From positions 1,984,001-2,048,000 of the forward strand of contig OZ245040.1 of assembly GCA_965224195.1 (NCBI GenBank): 64,000 bases of DNA, in the 5' to 3' direction. Source of the stretch: Nitrosopumilus sp. Lineage in GTDB: Archaea > Thermoproteota > Nitrososphaeria > Nitrososphaerales > Nitrosopumilaceae. The notes under the pieces are model-generated. The model was given only the letters and a program-made list of their open reading frames with translations, ran no database searches and was not told the origin of the DNA. This document shows, one piece after another, positions 9,698 to 19,909 of the stretch. The position numbers and the translations under genes are program-made. The first letter of the stretch is position 1; each line of letters begins with the position of its first letter.

Positions 9698-10668
9698 AAT
9701 TTTTTACTCCTAATTTCTTTAACTTGTTTTGCCATATTAAAAGATGTTATTCCATGTTTCTCCAAGAGTAATGGAACTTCTTTATCACGTGCAGACTCGC
9801 CAAACATATCCTGGGCTCCAATTCTTTTGATAGGTACTGGATAAGATTCTGAAACAGATTCTGCTACTGCAGAACCCATTCCACCAATAATATTATGTTC
9901 TTCAGTAGTTACTATACAACCAGTTTCTCTAGCTGCTTTTTCTAAAATTTCATGGTCGATAGGTTTGATTGAAAACATATCTAAAACTCTACAAGAGATT
10001 CCCTCTTGTTGTAAATATTCAGCAGATTCTAAAGCCATTCTAACAGTAATGCCACACGCGGCAATTGTACAATCATTGCCATCCCTTAATGTAATTCCCT
10101 TTCCAATTTGAAATTCTTGAGATTCAGAATGAACAAGAGGCGTTTTTGATCTTACCATCCTCATGTAAAATGGACCATACTCTCTAGCCATTAATTGTGT
10201 CAACTTTGAAACGGCAACAGTATCAGCAGGAATAAAGACTCTGAAATTCGGAATGACTCTCATTATAGCAATATCTTCAATTGTTTGATGTGACCCTCCA
10301 TCAGGACCTACTGACAAACCACCATGTGATGTAACCAATTTTACATTAAGACCTTTTTTCCCAGAAGGTGACGGATATGCAATATTATTTCGGATTTGAT
10401 CAACTGCTCTACCAGGTAAAAATATTGCATAAGTACTAGCAAAAGATGTTTTTCCAGACACTGCCAATCCGGCAGACATTGTAACTAGATTAGCTTCAGC
10501 AATACCCACATTAAAAAATCGATTAGGGAATTCCTTTCCAAATCCTGAAGTTTTTAATGAATCAGTTGTATCTGCACCTAAAACAACAACATTTGGATTT
10601 TCTTTTCCTAATTGAATTAAAGATTTAGAATATTCTGAACGCATGTCGGACATTATTGGTTCATTCAA
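9694..10668 (-). CDS. Transketolase C-terminal subunit
   Basis: NVGIAE, GPDGGSHQ, EEHNIIGGMG. Confidence 0.93.
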   Translation of the reverse strand: MNEPIMSDMRSEYSKSLIQLGKENPNVVVLGADTTDSLKTSGFGKEFPNRFFNVGIAEANLVTMSAGLAVSGKTSFASTYAIFLPGRAVDQIRNNIAYPSPSGKKGLNVKLVTSHGGLSVGPDGGSHQTIEDIAIMRVIPNFRVFIPADTVAVSKLTQLMAREYGPFYMRMVRSKTPLVHSESQEFQIGKGITLRDGNDCTIAACGITVRMALESAEYLQQEGISCRVLDMFSIKPIDHEILEKAARETGCIVTTEEHNIIGGMGSAVAESVSESYPVPIKRIGAQDMFGESARDKEVPLLLEKHGITSFNMAKQVKEIRSKKL

Positions 10669-12341
10669 ATGTATCCTGCCTCCTGTGCTATTTTTTTAAT
10701 TTGTTCTTGTTTTTCACCAATTACATGTAATCCAATCCATTTGTTTACCAAGTCACTTCCACCAAGTTCATTTGCTTTTGCAAGTAATTCATGTCTTCTT
10801 GATTTCAAAACTTCATTTCTAAAATCTCTAATTGCTGCTCGAACATCTTGTTGACCAATTATTGCACCACCTCCAACAAAAACACGTGCACCATCAGCAA
10901 ATACAGAACCGATATTTTCTAGATTTACCCCTCCATCAGCCTCAATATAGCCCGAAAAATTATGCTGTTTCAAAACAGAATTCAATCTTGTCATTTTTCC
11001 ATGTGTTTCTTCAATGTATTTTTGACCAGATTTTCCAGGTACAACAGACATTACAATAAGTTGATCAAGTGATTTTAAGAATTTGTAAGACCATTCAGGT
11101 AATTCAGTGTCAGGATTTATTGAAAATCCCACACCTACCTGATTTTGTTTTAAGATATCATGTATTTCTCCAAAACTAGATTCATCAGTTACTTCAGCAT
11201 GAACAGTAACAATATCACTACCAGCATCAACATAGTCTTTCACATGTTTTACAGGTTCACTAATCATCAAATGAGTATCAAATGGAATCACTGTGAGTGG
11301 TCTTAGCTCTTTGATTTTATTGTGATCAAATGTTTTTGTTGGAACAAATTGGCCATCCATTACATCAAGATGAATGTAATCGGTTCTACCAGTTACACAT
11401 CGTTTAATTTCATTTTCTAAATTTGTCATATCTCCTGCAATAATAGAAGGTGCAATCATGAATTGTGAATCTAATTCAAGATTAATTATTGGAACAACAT
11501 CAGAATCTGGTGCTTTACCATGCCACTGGGGATTATCTTCCATATGTTCAACAGATTTTCCTTTAATTGTTCTTGAAATTATAATTGTTGGAACACATTT
11601 GGTAGAATTAGCTTTTGTAATAGCAGCATCAATTTGCTCAACTCTATGTCCATCAATTTCAATAACGTTCCAACCAAATGATCTCCACTTATCACCAGTT
11701 TTCCAACGTGATGCATCTTTCCACATTTCAGAAATTTCTAAACCTTCTAAATTTTCATCTAGTGGCATAATTTTTTCAGTGTACGAATCTTGTTGAATGA
11801 AATTTCTATCAAGAAATGCTGTAAGATTATCGACTTTGTATTTTGAAGCAGTCATTGCAGCCTCCCAGACTTGTCCTTCATCAGACTCGCCATCCCCAAT
11901 GATAGTGTAGACATGATGATCTTTAGAATCAATTTTTGCTGCAAGTGCAATTCCTATCGAATAGGATAATCCAGTACCTAACGAACCACCACAAAATTCT
12001 ACTCCAGGACATTTTAGATCTGGATGTCCTTGTAATTTACTGCCAAATTTTCTTAATGTTTCAATTTCAGACTCTGGAAAATATCCTGCAACGGCCATGT
12101 TTGAAAACAACCCAGGAGCTGCATGGCCTTTAGATAAAACTAATCTATCCCTATCTTCCCATTGAGGATTTTTAGGATCAAATTTTAGATATTTGTTAAA
12201 CAGACATCCTAAAATTTCGGCCATAGAAAATGAACCTCCAGGATGACCAGATCCTGCAGCATTAGTTCCCTTAATCACTAATTTACGAGCTCGAAGAATA
12301 TGTTTCTTAATTTGATAATAGTTAAGCCTCATCTGCAACAT
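10665..12341 (-). CDS. Transketolase N-terminal subunit fused to ribulose-phosphate 3-epimerase
   Basis: SGHPGG, LSKGH, GDGE motifs, then IAPSI, HLDVMDGQFVP, MSVVPG, ADGG (Rpe). Confidence 0.93.
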   Translation of the reverse strand: MLQMRLNYYQIKKHILRARKLVIKGTNAAGSGHPGGSFSMAEILGCLFNKYLKFDPKNPQWEDRDRLVLSKGHAAPGLFSNMAVAGYFPESEIETLRKFGSKLQGHPDLKCPGVEFCGGSLGTGLSYSIGIALAAKIDSKDHHVYTIIGDGESDEGQVWEAAMTASKYKVDNLTAFLDRNFIQQDSYTEKIMPLDENLEGLEISEMWKDASRWKTGDKWRSFGWNVIEIDGHRVEQIDAAITKANSTKCVPTIIISRTIKGKSVEHMEDNPQWHGKAPDSDVVPIINLELDSQFMIAPSIIAGDMTNLENEIKRCVTGRTDYIHLDVMDGQFVPTKTFDHNKIKELRPLTVIPFDTHLMISEPVKHVKDYVDAGSDIVTVHAEVTDESSFGEIHDILKQNQVGVGFSINPDTELPEWSYKFLKSLDQLIVMSVVPGKSGQKYIEETHGKMTRLNSVLKQHNFSGYIEADGGVNLENIGSVFADGARVFVGGGAIIGQQDVRAAIRDFRNEVLKSRRHELLAKANELGGSDLVNKWIGLHVIGEKQEQIKKIAQEAGYI

Positions 12342-12434
12342 TATCCCTACAAATTGAATAAAAATCTACTTCTAAAGAAAACCACTTAATACGAAACTTC
12401 AAGAAAAGTAGGGATCTTAATACAAATCACACAA

Positions 12435-13001
12435 TCAAGATCTCAAAGAGAATTCTACTTTATCTAACATAAATTTTAAAAATACAGATAATGGTTTTTT
12501 TGTTACATGCTTTGCATTCCATTCCTTAACAAGATCATCATAGAACTTCCACTCAGATGCATCTTTTTTAAGATGACTTACCATCATTTTCTCAAATTCT
12601 GCAAGATCCCAATCTACTGGGCACATTATATTGTCCATCTGGATTAATTTTCCATTTTTCATTGAGAATGGATATGATTTGCACACTCCAGGCTTGAAAT
12701 CATTTACTGTGCATCTAAAGATGTCTTTAGTTTCTTCAAGGAATTCACATCCACCATTTTTTTGTTTCAAGGCAAGATCAACTAGACCTTCTTCCACCTG
12801 AATTCCAAGAGAATAATCTTTTGCACCATAAATTTCTAAGAATTTTTTAGGCGCCATCCCCAATCCTGTTGATAGTCTGTAAACATCATGGGCGTTTACA
12901 AATATCATATATTCTTTACAACAATCAGTATGACATGATACACAAGGGAATTCTCCAGTTTTAGTATGGCTAGAATCATGATTATCTACAATTAATGTCA
13001 T
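12435..13001 (-). CDS. YkgJ-family cysteine-cluster protein
   Basis: CxxCxxxCC, CEFL, KPGVCKSYPF. Confidence 0.85.
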   Translation of the reverse strand: MTLIVDNHDSSHTKTGEFPCVSCHTDCCKEYMIFVNAHDVYRLSTGLGMAPKKFLEIYGAKDYSLGIQVEEGLVDLALKQKNGGCEFLEETKDIFRCTVNDFKPGVCKSYPFSMKNGKLIQMDNIMCPVDWDLAEFEKMMVSHLKKDASEWKFYDDLVKEWNAKHVTKKPLSVFLKFMLDKVEFSLRS

Positions 13002-13069
13002 AAATAATTAAAATAAAATTCAAGTATTAAGTTTGTAAAATTTTAATTTGATCGTTATTCTATAATATT

Positions 13070-13447
13070 ATGGAAATTAAGGAAAATATTCCAATCGTAT
13101 TATTTGATAATCAGTGTTATTTGTGTATGAGATTTGCAAATACAGTTAATTTTTTTGCCAGAGGTAAAATAACAATGGTAGGGCATTATTCAGAATTTGG
13201 GGAAAAAATTAGAAAGAATATTTTGGATGAATCAGCATTGGAAATGTTTTGGTTTATTAATCAAAAACGAGCATATGGAGGAAGAGCAGCTTTACTTCCT
13301 TTGATAAAATCAATTTTATCTAAAAAAACAAGAAAATCACCAATGTCTAAAATTAATGATGAATGTCAAAAAAATTGTAAAACAGTCAAAGCCGTATTTG
13401 TAAGATCAGCAAGTCTGATAACCAGCAGCAAGATAATAGATCTATAG
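13070..13447 (+). CDS. DCC/DUF393 thiol-disulfide oxidoreductase-like protein
   Basis: LFDNQCYLC (DxxCxxC). Confidence 0.75.
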   Translation: MEIKENIPIVLFDNQCYLCMRFANTVNFFARGKITMVGHYSEFGEKIRKNILDESALEMFWFINQKRAYGGRAALLPLIKSILSKKTRKSPMSKINDECQKNCKTVKAVFVRSASLITSSKIIDL

Positions 13448-13484
13448 TAAATCTAAATAATACTTTAAAAAAGAGAATTTCAAC

Positions 13485-14954
13485 ATGAAGATAAAAACTG
13501 AAAGTTCTGCAAAAAAGAAAACGAGTCTTCTATGTGGATTTGTACTAGAAAGTTCTAACAAAGTTCTAGGATTACCAAAATTTGACACTAAAACTGCATC
13601 GGCAATTAATCAATCTCTAAAAGATATGGAAGGAAAATTAGGTAAACTTAGCATTATTCCAATACCTGGAAAACCTATACAAAGAATCCTGCTTGCAGGT
13701 ATAGGGAAAAAAGAGAATCTAACAAAAGATACTATTAGATTTACATCAGGAAAAATTGCTCAAAAAGCAAGAGAGTTAAAATTATCTGAATTTTCAATTA
13801 TATCACCACCAAGTTTTGTAACAGACCCAATTTCTGCAGTGTCTCAGATCATCGAAGGAACAAAAATGGCTCTTTACAAATTTGAAAAATTCAAGACTGA
13901 AAAAATTGAAACTTCACCAAATCTCACCATCATTGTTTCAAAATCAAACAAAATTTCAAAAGCTGTCAAAATAGCTGAGATTGTTGCAGATGGTGCGATA
14001 TTTACTAAAAGCATTGCCAATTTACCTCCAAACGAATGTACTCCTACAACATTAGCAAATTTTGCAAAAAGTATGTCAAAGAAAAATAAAATGAAATGTA
14101 ATATCATTTCAGAACCTGAACTAAAGAAAAAAGGCTTTGGTGGAATTTCAGCAGTAGGTAAAGGAAGTACCAATCAACCAAAATTAATTATTCTAGAACA
14201 TAGTCGCGGTAGAAAAAATGACAAACCGATTGTCCTTGTAGGAAAAGCAGTGACATTTGATACAGGCGGCATTTCATTAAAACCAGGGGCAGCAATGGAT
14301 GAGATGAAATTTGACAAATGTGGCGGATGTACAGTTTTAGGGATAATGAAATCTATTTCAGAGTTAAAACTACCAATCAATGTTGTAGGTATTGTTCCTT
14401 CAGTTGAAAATATGCCAAGTGGAGAAGCATACAGACCAGGAGATATTTTAAAATTGTACAGTGGAAAAACAGCTGAAATTCTAAATACAGATGCTGAGGG
14501 AAGATTGATTTTAGCTGATGCATTATCGTATGGAGAAAAACATTATTCTCCAAAAGCAATCATTGATTTTGCTACTCTTACAGGTGCATGTATTGTAGCA
14601 CTTGGAACTAATGTAGCAGCAATTGTATCAAATGATGAAAAACTAACAAAGAAAATCAATGATTCTTCCAAAAGAACAACTGAAGAAGTTTGGGAATTAC
14701 CATTGAATCAAGACTATATGGATATGATAAAATCAGATGTTGCAGATATGAAAAATGTTGGAATTGGAAGAGCAGCTGGAACAATCACCGCAGCCGCATT
14801 TTTGAAAAATGCAATTGAAAAAACACCATGGACACATATTGATATTGCAGGAGTTGCATGGACACAAGGAGCTACAAAAGAAAAATCATACAATCCAAAA
14901 GGCGCTACAGGTTTTGGTGTAAGATTAATTTTAGATTATTTACAAAATTTGTAA
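13485..14954 (+). CDS. pepA: Leucyl aminopeptidase (M17)
   Basis: GKAVTFDTGG, MKFDKCG, NTDAEGRL, ATLTGA. Confidence 0.96.
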   Translation: MKIKTESSAKKKTSLLCGFVLESSNKVLGLPKFDTKTASAINQSLKDMEGKLGKLSIIPIPGKPIQRILLAGIGKKENLTKDTIRFTSGKIAQKARELKLSEFSIISPPSFVTDPISAVSQIIEGTKMALYKFEKFKTEKIETSPNLTIIVSKSNKISKAVKIAEIVADGAIFTKSIANLPPNECTPTTLANFAKSMSKKNKMKCNIISEPELKKKGFGGISAVGKGSTNQPKLIILEHSRGRKNDKPIVLVGKAVTFDTGGISLKPGAAMDEMKFDKCGGCTVLGIMKSISELKLPINVVGIVPSVENMPSGEAYRPGDILKLYSGKTAEILNTDAEGRLILADALSYGEKHYSPKAIIDFATLTGACIVALGTNVAAIVSNDEKLTKKINDSSKRTTEEVWELPLNQDYMDMIKSDVADMKNVGIGRAAGTITAAAFLKNAIEKTPWTHIDIAGVAWTQGATKEKSYNPKGATGFGVRLILDYLQNL

Positions 14955-14956
14955 AA

Positions 14957-15085
14957 TTAGTATCCTCTACTATTTCTATCAGGTGCACTAACATTTGGAT
15001 TTCTCCAACCATGTTTTTCCATCATATGATTTAGCAGTCGTATATCATTGTCACATACTTCTCCACAAACACTACAATTTGGCAT
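14957..15085 (-). CDS. 42-aa C2H2 zinc-finger protein
   Basis: MPNCSVCGEVCDNDIRLLNHMMEKHGW... (C-x2-C-x12-H-x4-H). Confidence 0.65.
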   Translation of the reverse strand: MPNCSVCGEVCDNDIRLLNHMMEKHGWRNPNVSAPDRNSRGY

Positions 15086-15142
15086 ATCGAATTCACATCA
15101 ATCCAATTAATTCAATATTAAAAGATTGATTGAAAAGTAGAA

Positions 15143-15260
15143 AATGCCAGCACTGTTGCTTCCCAAGAGCTCTCGCATCTTAGTAGCACAACAGCGACAT
15201 TAGGTTTGACTTCCAAGTTCGGAACGGGATTGGGTCGCACCCTAACGCTATGGCCGGCTT
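15143..15260 (-). rRNA. rrf: 5S rRNA
   Basis: GCCGGCCATAGCG...CCCGTTCCGAAC..GGAAGTCAAACC...GTGCTGGC with paired ends. Confidence 0.93.
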
Positions 15261-15354
15261 GAAAATTGATGTCAAATTCTCATCTATTAACGTAACGCCA
15301 GATTTGAGTAATGCTCAAAATAGGTATAAAGCAAAGAAAATATCGAATTACAAC

Positions 15355-17142
15355 ATGACTCATAGAGTAGCGGTTTTAGATCAGGATCTTTGTCAGCCAC
15401 AAAAATGTGGTTTAGAATGTATAAAATATTGTCCAGTCAACAAATCAGGCGCAGAATGTGTTACTATAAACGAAGAATCAAAAAAGGCTCAAATTGATGA
15501 GGACATTTGTAATGGATGTGGAATCTGTGTCAAAGTGTGCCCTTTTGATGCAATAACAATTGTCAATTTAGCAAGTGAACTAGCTACAGATAAAATTCAT
15601 CAATATGGAATGAATTCATTTCGACTTTACAAATTACCTACTCCAAAGAAAGGTGAAGTTGTAGGACTTTTGGGAAGAAACGGAATGGGGAAAAGTACAG
15701 TAGTTAACATCCTATCAGGGAATCTTAAACCAAATTTAGGTAGATATGAAAATCCACCTGAATGGGATGAAGTTTTAAAACATTACAGTGGAACAGAGCT
15801 TAAGCAACATTTTGAAAAGATTGAACAAAAACAAATTCGAGCTTCAATAAAACCCCAACAAGTACATCATATTGCTCAAGCGTTTGATGGGACAGGAAAA
15901 GAATTACTTGACAAATATGATGAACGAGGAGTATCAAGGGAATTAATCAAAACATTAGGATTAGAAAACTCAATGGAGCAAAATTTGAAAGAACTAAGTG
16001 GTGGTGAATTACAAAGAATTGCAGTTGCAGCAGCAGCATCTAAAGATACAGAATTTTACTTTTTTGATGAACCATCTTCATACAACGACGTTTTCCAAAG
16101 AACAGGTGTAGCAAGAGTAATACAAAATTTAGCTAAAATTGGAAAAAGTGTAATGGTAGTAGAACACGATTTAACATTATTAGATTTTCTAAGTGATTAT
16201 ATCGAAGTATTATATGGAGAACCTACAGCATATGGAATCGTTTCAGGTATTTTATCTACCAAAGTTGGAATCAATGTTTTTCTTGATGGATATTTACCAA
16301 ATGAAAATGTAAGATTTAGAGATAAGAAATTTTCTTTTGATGTATCATCTTCATCAACTGATATTTTTCAAGAAGGAAGTGATATTCTCACATATCCAAA
16401 ACTAGAGAAAAGATATCCATCATTTTCAGTAGCAGTTGAGCCTGGAAGAGTCAGAAAAGGAGAGGTTTTAGGAATAATGGGAGCTAATGCACTGGGTAAA
16501 ACAACTCTAATGAAAATGATTGCAGGAGTTGAAAAGTCAGATTCTGGCAGTATTAGTAAAAAAATCAAGATAGCATACAAGCCACAGTATCTCCAAAATG
16601 ATCTTGATGTAGAAGTTCTTTCCGTATTAGAACAAGCAAATGGAGGTCAAGTTGAAGAAAGTATGGAAGAAGAACAAATTCTCGACCCATTAAAAATTAA
16701 AAAACTATACAATAAATCTATCAAAAAACTTTCTGGAGGAGAATTACAAAAAGTAGCTGTTGCATCATGTCTATTACAAAAAGTTGATTTGTATGCATTA
16801 GATGAACCTTCAGCATTTTTAGATGTAGAAGATAGAATCGCAGTAGCAAAATTTTTACAAAAGTTTGTACGCTCGTTTGGAAAGTCTGCAATTATTATTG
16901 ATCACGATTTACAATTAATGGACTTGGTTTCAGATTCAATGATAATATTTGAAGGAGAATCAGGTTCTGTAGGAATTGCTACATCGCCAATGCCAAAACC
17001 TGATGCAATGAATAGATTTCTCAAATCATTAGACATGTCATTTAGAAGAGACGAGAAAAGTCTAAGACCACGGGTAAATAAACTAGAAAGCAGATTAGAT
17101 AAAGATCAAAAAACAAGTGGAAATTTCTACTACAAACATTGA
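15355..17142 (+). CDS. ABCE1/Rli1 ribosome-recycling ATPase
   Basis: N-terminal Fe-S Cys motifs, two ABC domains (GRNGMGKS, LSGGELQ); start at MTHRVAV. Confidence 0.96.
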   Translation: MTHRVAVLDQDLCQPQKCGLECIKYCPVNKSGAECVTINEESKKAQIDEDICNGCGICVKVCPFDAITIVNLASELATDKIHQYGMNSFRLYKLPTPKKGEVVGLLGRNGMGKSTVVNILSGNLKPNLGRYENPPEWDEVLKHYSGTELKQHFEKIEQKQIRASIKPQQVHHIAQAFDGTGKELLDKYDERGVSRELIKTLGLENSMEQNLKELSGGELQRIAVAAAASKDTEFYFFDEPSSYNDVFQRTGVARVIQNLAKIGKSVMVVEHDLTLLDFLSDYIEVLYGEPTAYGIVSGILSTKVGINVFLDGYLPNENVRFRDKKFSFDVSSSSTDIFQEGSDILTYPKLEKRYPSFSVAVEPGRVRKGEVLGIMGANALGKTTLMKMIAGVEKSDSGSISKKIKIAYKPQYLQNDLDVEVLSVLEQANGGQVEESMEEEQILDPLKIKKLYNKSIKKLSGGELQKVAVASCLLQKVDLYALDEPSAFLDVEDRIAVAKFLQKFVRSFGKSAIIIDHDLQLMDLVSDSMIIFEGESGSVGIATSPMPKPDAMNRFLKSLDMSFRRDEKSLRPRVNKLESRLDKDQKTSGNFYYKH

Positions 17143-17975
17143 CTCGAATGTTGAAAAAAGCACTGGAAAATGTGCTTTCAGAGAAAGAAAGTAATGAATT
17201 AATTTCTGCTTTTGATCAGATAGGTGAAATAATTATTGTGAGGATTCCAGATTCACTTCTCTCAAAAAAGAAAATCATTGGAAAAGCATTGTTAGATGAT
17301 GTAAAAATTGTAAGAAGTGTATTCTATCAAGCCTCTGCTGTAAGTGGGGATTTTCGAACAAGGGACTTAGAAATACTTGCAGGAGAAGACAATACAGGAA
17401 CAGAATACAAGGAATTTGGATGTAGATTTACAGTAGATGTTGAAAATGCATTTTTTTCCCCTAGACTGTCTACTGAAAGAGAGAGAATTGCTAATTTGGT
17501 TCAAAATGGTGAGATAATGACTAACATGTTTGCAGGCATTGGAATGTTTTCAATAATGGCTGCAAAGAAGAAAAAGTGTACGGTATATAGTCTTGATATC
17601 AATCCGATTGCTTCAAAATTATGTGAAACAAATATTGGATTAAACAAACTTGTTGGAAATATAATTTCAATTAATGGCGATGCGTCAAAAATTATCAAAG
17701 AGCAATTGATCAATAAATCCGATAGAACATTGATGTTATTACCTGAAAGATCAGATGAGTTTTTAGAATCAGCAATAGACACAACCAAAGATGGAGGCAT
17801 CATTCATTATTATTCACATATTCATGCAGATAAAAAAACAGAAGCAGGGAAACTTTCAGAAGAACATTATCTTAAAGTCACTCCAGTAAAATCAGAAATA
17901 TTACATTCAAAAATTGTCAGACCTGTAGGTCCAAGATATTATCAAACAGTTGTAGATGTTAAAATTTCTAAATAA
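17139..17975 (+). CDS. Trm5/TYW2-family SAM-dependent tRNA methyltransferase
   Basis: FFSPRLSTER, MFAGIG, DINP. Confidence 0.85.
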   Translation: MTRMLKKALENVLSEKESNELISAFDQIGEIIIVRIPDSLLSKKKIIGKALLDDVKIVRSVFYQASAVSGDFRTRDLEILAGEDNTGTEYKEFGCRFTVDVENAFFSPRLSTERERIANLVQNGEIMTNMFAGIGMFSIMAAKKKKCTVYSLDINPIASKLCETNIGLNKLVGNIISINGDASKIIKEQLINKSDRTLMLLPERSDEFLESAIDTTKDGGIIHYYSHIHADKKTEAGKLSEEHYLKVTPVKSEILHSKIVRPVGPRYYQTVVDVKISK

Positions 17976-17976
17976 C

Positions 17977-18195
17977 CTAATCTTCAGAAGTAATAGAAGC
18001 TGATGAAGGTTTTGTTGTGGCCATTACATACCCAATCCAAGTAATTACTCCTAAAATTCCTCCTGCAATCATTAGAACAGATAGTTGTAGTACAATAGGG
18101 CTCCATTCAGAAAGCATTAACAAATATGCATAAAGGAAAAAACCACCAATACATAAAACAAAAATGGTAATACCCATTACTTTTCGTTTATCCAT
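17977..18195 (-). CDS. Small two-TM membrane protein
   Basis: 72-aa ORF, two hydrophobic helices. Confidence 0.7.
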   Translation of the reverse strand: MDKRKVMGITIFVLCIGGFFLYAYLLMLSEWSPIVLQLSVLMIAGGILGVITWIGYVMATTKPSSASITSED

Positions 18196-18215
18196 GGCGA
18201 AGAATTTTTTGTGAG

Positions 18216-18725
18216 TTATTTATTGGTTTGAACTAATTCAATTGCCATAAGATATGCATCCTCGCCATCTCGATAATAGGCGTTTAATTGTTGTCTGATT
18301 GCAAATCCCATTTTTTCATATAATCTGACAGCATCAGTATTACTACATCTTACTTCTAAATAGAATTCATCACAATTTCTTAACTGTACACCATTGACAG
18401 ATTCTTCTACTAGTGCATTTCCTATTCCTTTTCTTCGATGTTCCTCAACTACTGCAATAGATACAACGTGACCTTTTTTTACAAAACCTAATTTCTTAAA
18501 ATTTGAAAAGCCAAATTCAGTTTTACACATAATGTATCCAACATGTTTGCCTCCAATTTCAGCAATAATGAAAGCCTCAGGTAACTCAGCAAGTAAACTT
18601 TCGTAAAAATAATCTGAATAATGTTCAGGTAGAGTTTTTAGATTAATTTCCATTACAGAAATTAGATCGCTTGGTCCCGCTCTTCGAATATTACAATCCC
18701 CTAATTGTTTTAGAATTACTTGCAT
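18216..18725 (-). CDS. N-terminal acetyltransferase (Ard1/RimI family)
   Basis: LPEHY, HVVSIAV, RRKGIG, LEVRCSN, YYRDGEDA. Confidence 0.92.
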   Translation of the reverse strand: MQVILKQLGDCNIRRAGPSDLISVMEINLKTLPEHYSDYFYESLLAELPEAFIIAEIGGKHVGYIMCKTEFGFSNFKKLGFVKKGHVVSIAVVEEHRRKGIGNALVEESVNGVQLRNCDEFYLEVRCSNTDAVRLYEKMGFAIRQQLNAYYRDGEDAYLMAIELVQTNK

Positions 18726-18775
18726 GATGGGGCATAGTTTTATCAATATTTAATTTTAAACCAAAAGACCATTTA

Positions 18776-19909
18776 ATGGAAAAATATAGTATTAAACAGA
18801 TGGAGGATCCCTCACAAGAAGATATTATTTCATTAGTTAACTCTATATTTCAGGTCAGTGATTTCACTAAAACTGAATTTTCATTAGAATTTAAAATTGA
18901 AGATATGGATTTCAAGTCAAAATTTGAAGGATTAGCAAGAAAATTAGAAGATATGAGATATGTTTGCAAATTAGAAAAGATGGAAGAGGGAGGACTATAT
19001 GTCATCATTCAGAAATTCACCCCGAAGAAACAGAGAAAGTGGATGAGTACATCATGGACTCCAAGAATATTGTTTGTAATTGTTATTTCATTTGTAATGG
19101 TAGATGGATACTATAGGACATCAGGTACAAATTCTATTGTAGAAATTGGAGATCCCCTAGAAATGGCAGCTGTGTATACACTGTCATTATTAGGAATTTT
19201 AGGAATTCATGAACTTGGTCATATTATTGCTGCAAAAGCACACGATCTAAAAACAACATGGCCATATTTCATTCCAGGACTTCCAATAATTGGAATTCCA
19301 ACATTTGGGGCATTTATTCAATCAAAAGGATTAACGATTAATCGAGAAATATTATTTGATGTTGCTATAGCAGGTCCAATTGCAGGATTAGTTATTGCAA
19401 TAATAGTTTCAATTTATGGTGCATATACTGCGCCAATTTTAGATCCTGATATTGCTGCAGGCTTGTTTGAGGAATCAAGATTGATTGAGTGGAATCAAGG
19501 AGAGCCATTATTGATGACTGCTAGTTTAGCATTATTTGGTAAAGGTGGGGCAGGACACGAAGTGATTATGACACCTGTAATGTTTGCAGCATGGATTGGT
19601 TTCTTAATTACATTTTTGAATTTATTGCCTGCATGGCAATTGGATGGTGGACACATGGCAAGAACATTGCTTGGGGTTAAACTTCACAAATATGCAACTT
19701 ATGGAAGTATGGCAATTCTTGTTTTACTAAACTATTGGTTAATGGCACTTTTAATTTTGTTTATGAGTTCAAGAAATCCTAGTGCATCTCCATTAGATGA
19801 TGTTTCACCACTATCAAGAAATAGAAAACTTGCATATCTTGGAATTATTGTATTAGCAGTTTTATGCGCACCTTTACCAACAGGATTTTGGTCAGGTATA
19901 CTACCTTAA
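18776..19909 (+). CDS. Site-2 protease (M50) family
   Basis: HELGH, IAGP, NLLPAWQLDGGH. Confidence 0.92.
   Translation: MEKYSIKQMEDPSQEDIISLVNSIFQVSDFTKTEFSLEFKIEDMDFKSKFEGLARKLEDMRYVCKLEKMEEGGLYVIIQKFTPKKQRKWMSTSWTPRILFVIVISFVMVDGYYRTSGTNSIVEIGDPLEMAAVYTLSLLGILGIHELGHIIAAKAHDLKTTWPYFIPGLPIIGIPTFGAFIQSKGLTINREILFDVAIAGPIAGLVIAIIVSIYGAYTAPILDPDIAAGLFEESRLIEWNQGEPLLMTASLALFGKGGAGHEVIMTPVMFAAWIGFLITFLNLLPAWQLDGGHMARTLLGVKLHKYATYGSMAILVLLNYWLMALLILFMSSRNPSASPLDDVSPLSRNRKLAYLGIIVLAVLCAPLPTGFWSGILP

Noticed and set aside
10665-12341. Transketolase-Rpe fusion as a novelty
   Set aside because: To my knowledge a standard arrangement in Nitrosopumilus-like genomes
15250-15354. N-terminal extension of ABCE1 in the ORF track
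   Set aside because: Overlaps the 5S rRNA and promoter region; homologous sequence begins at ATG 15355
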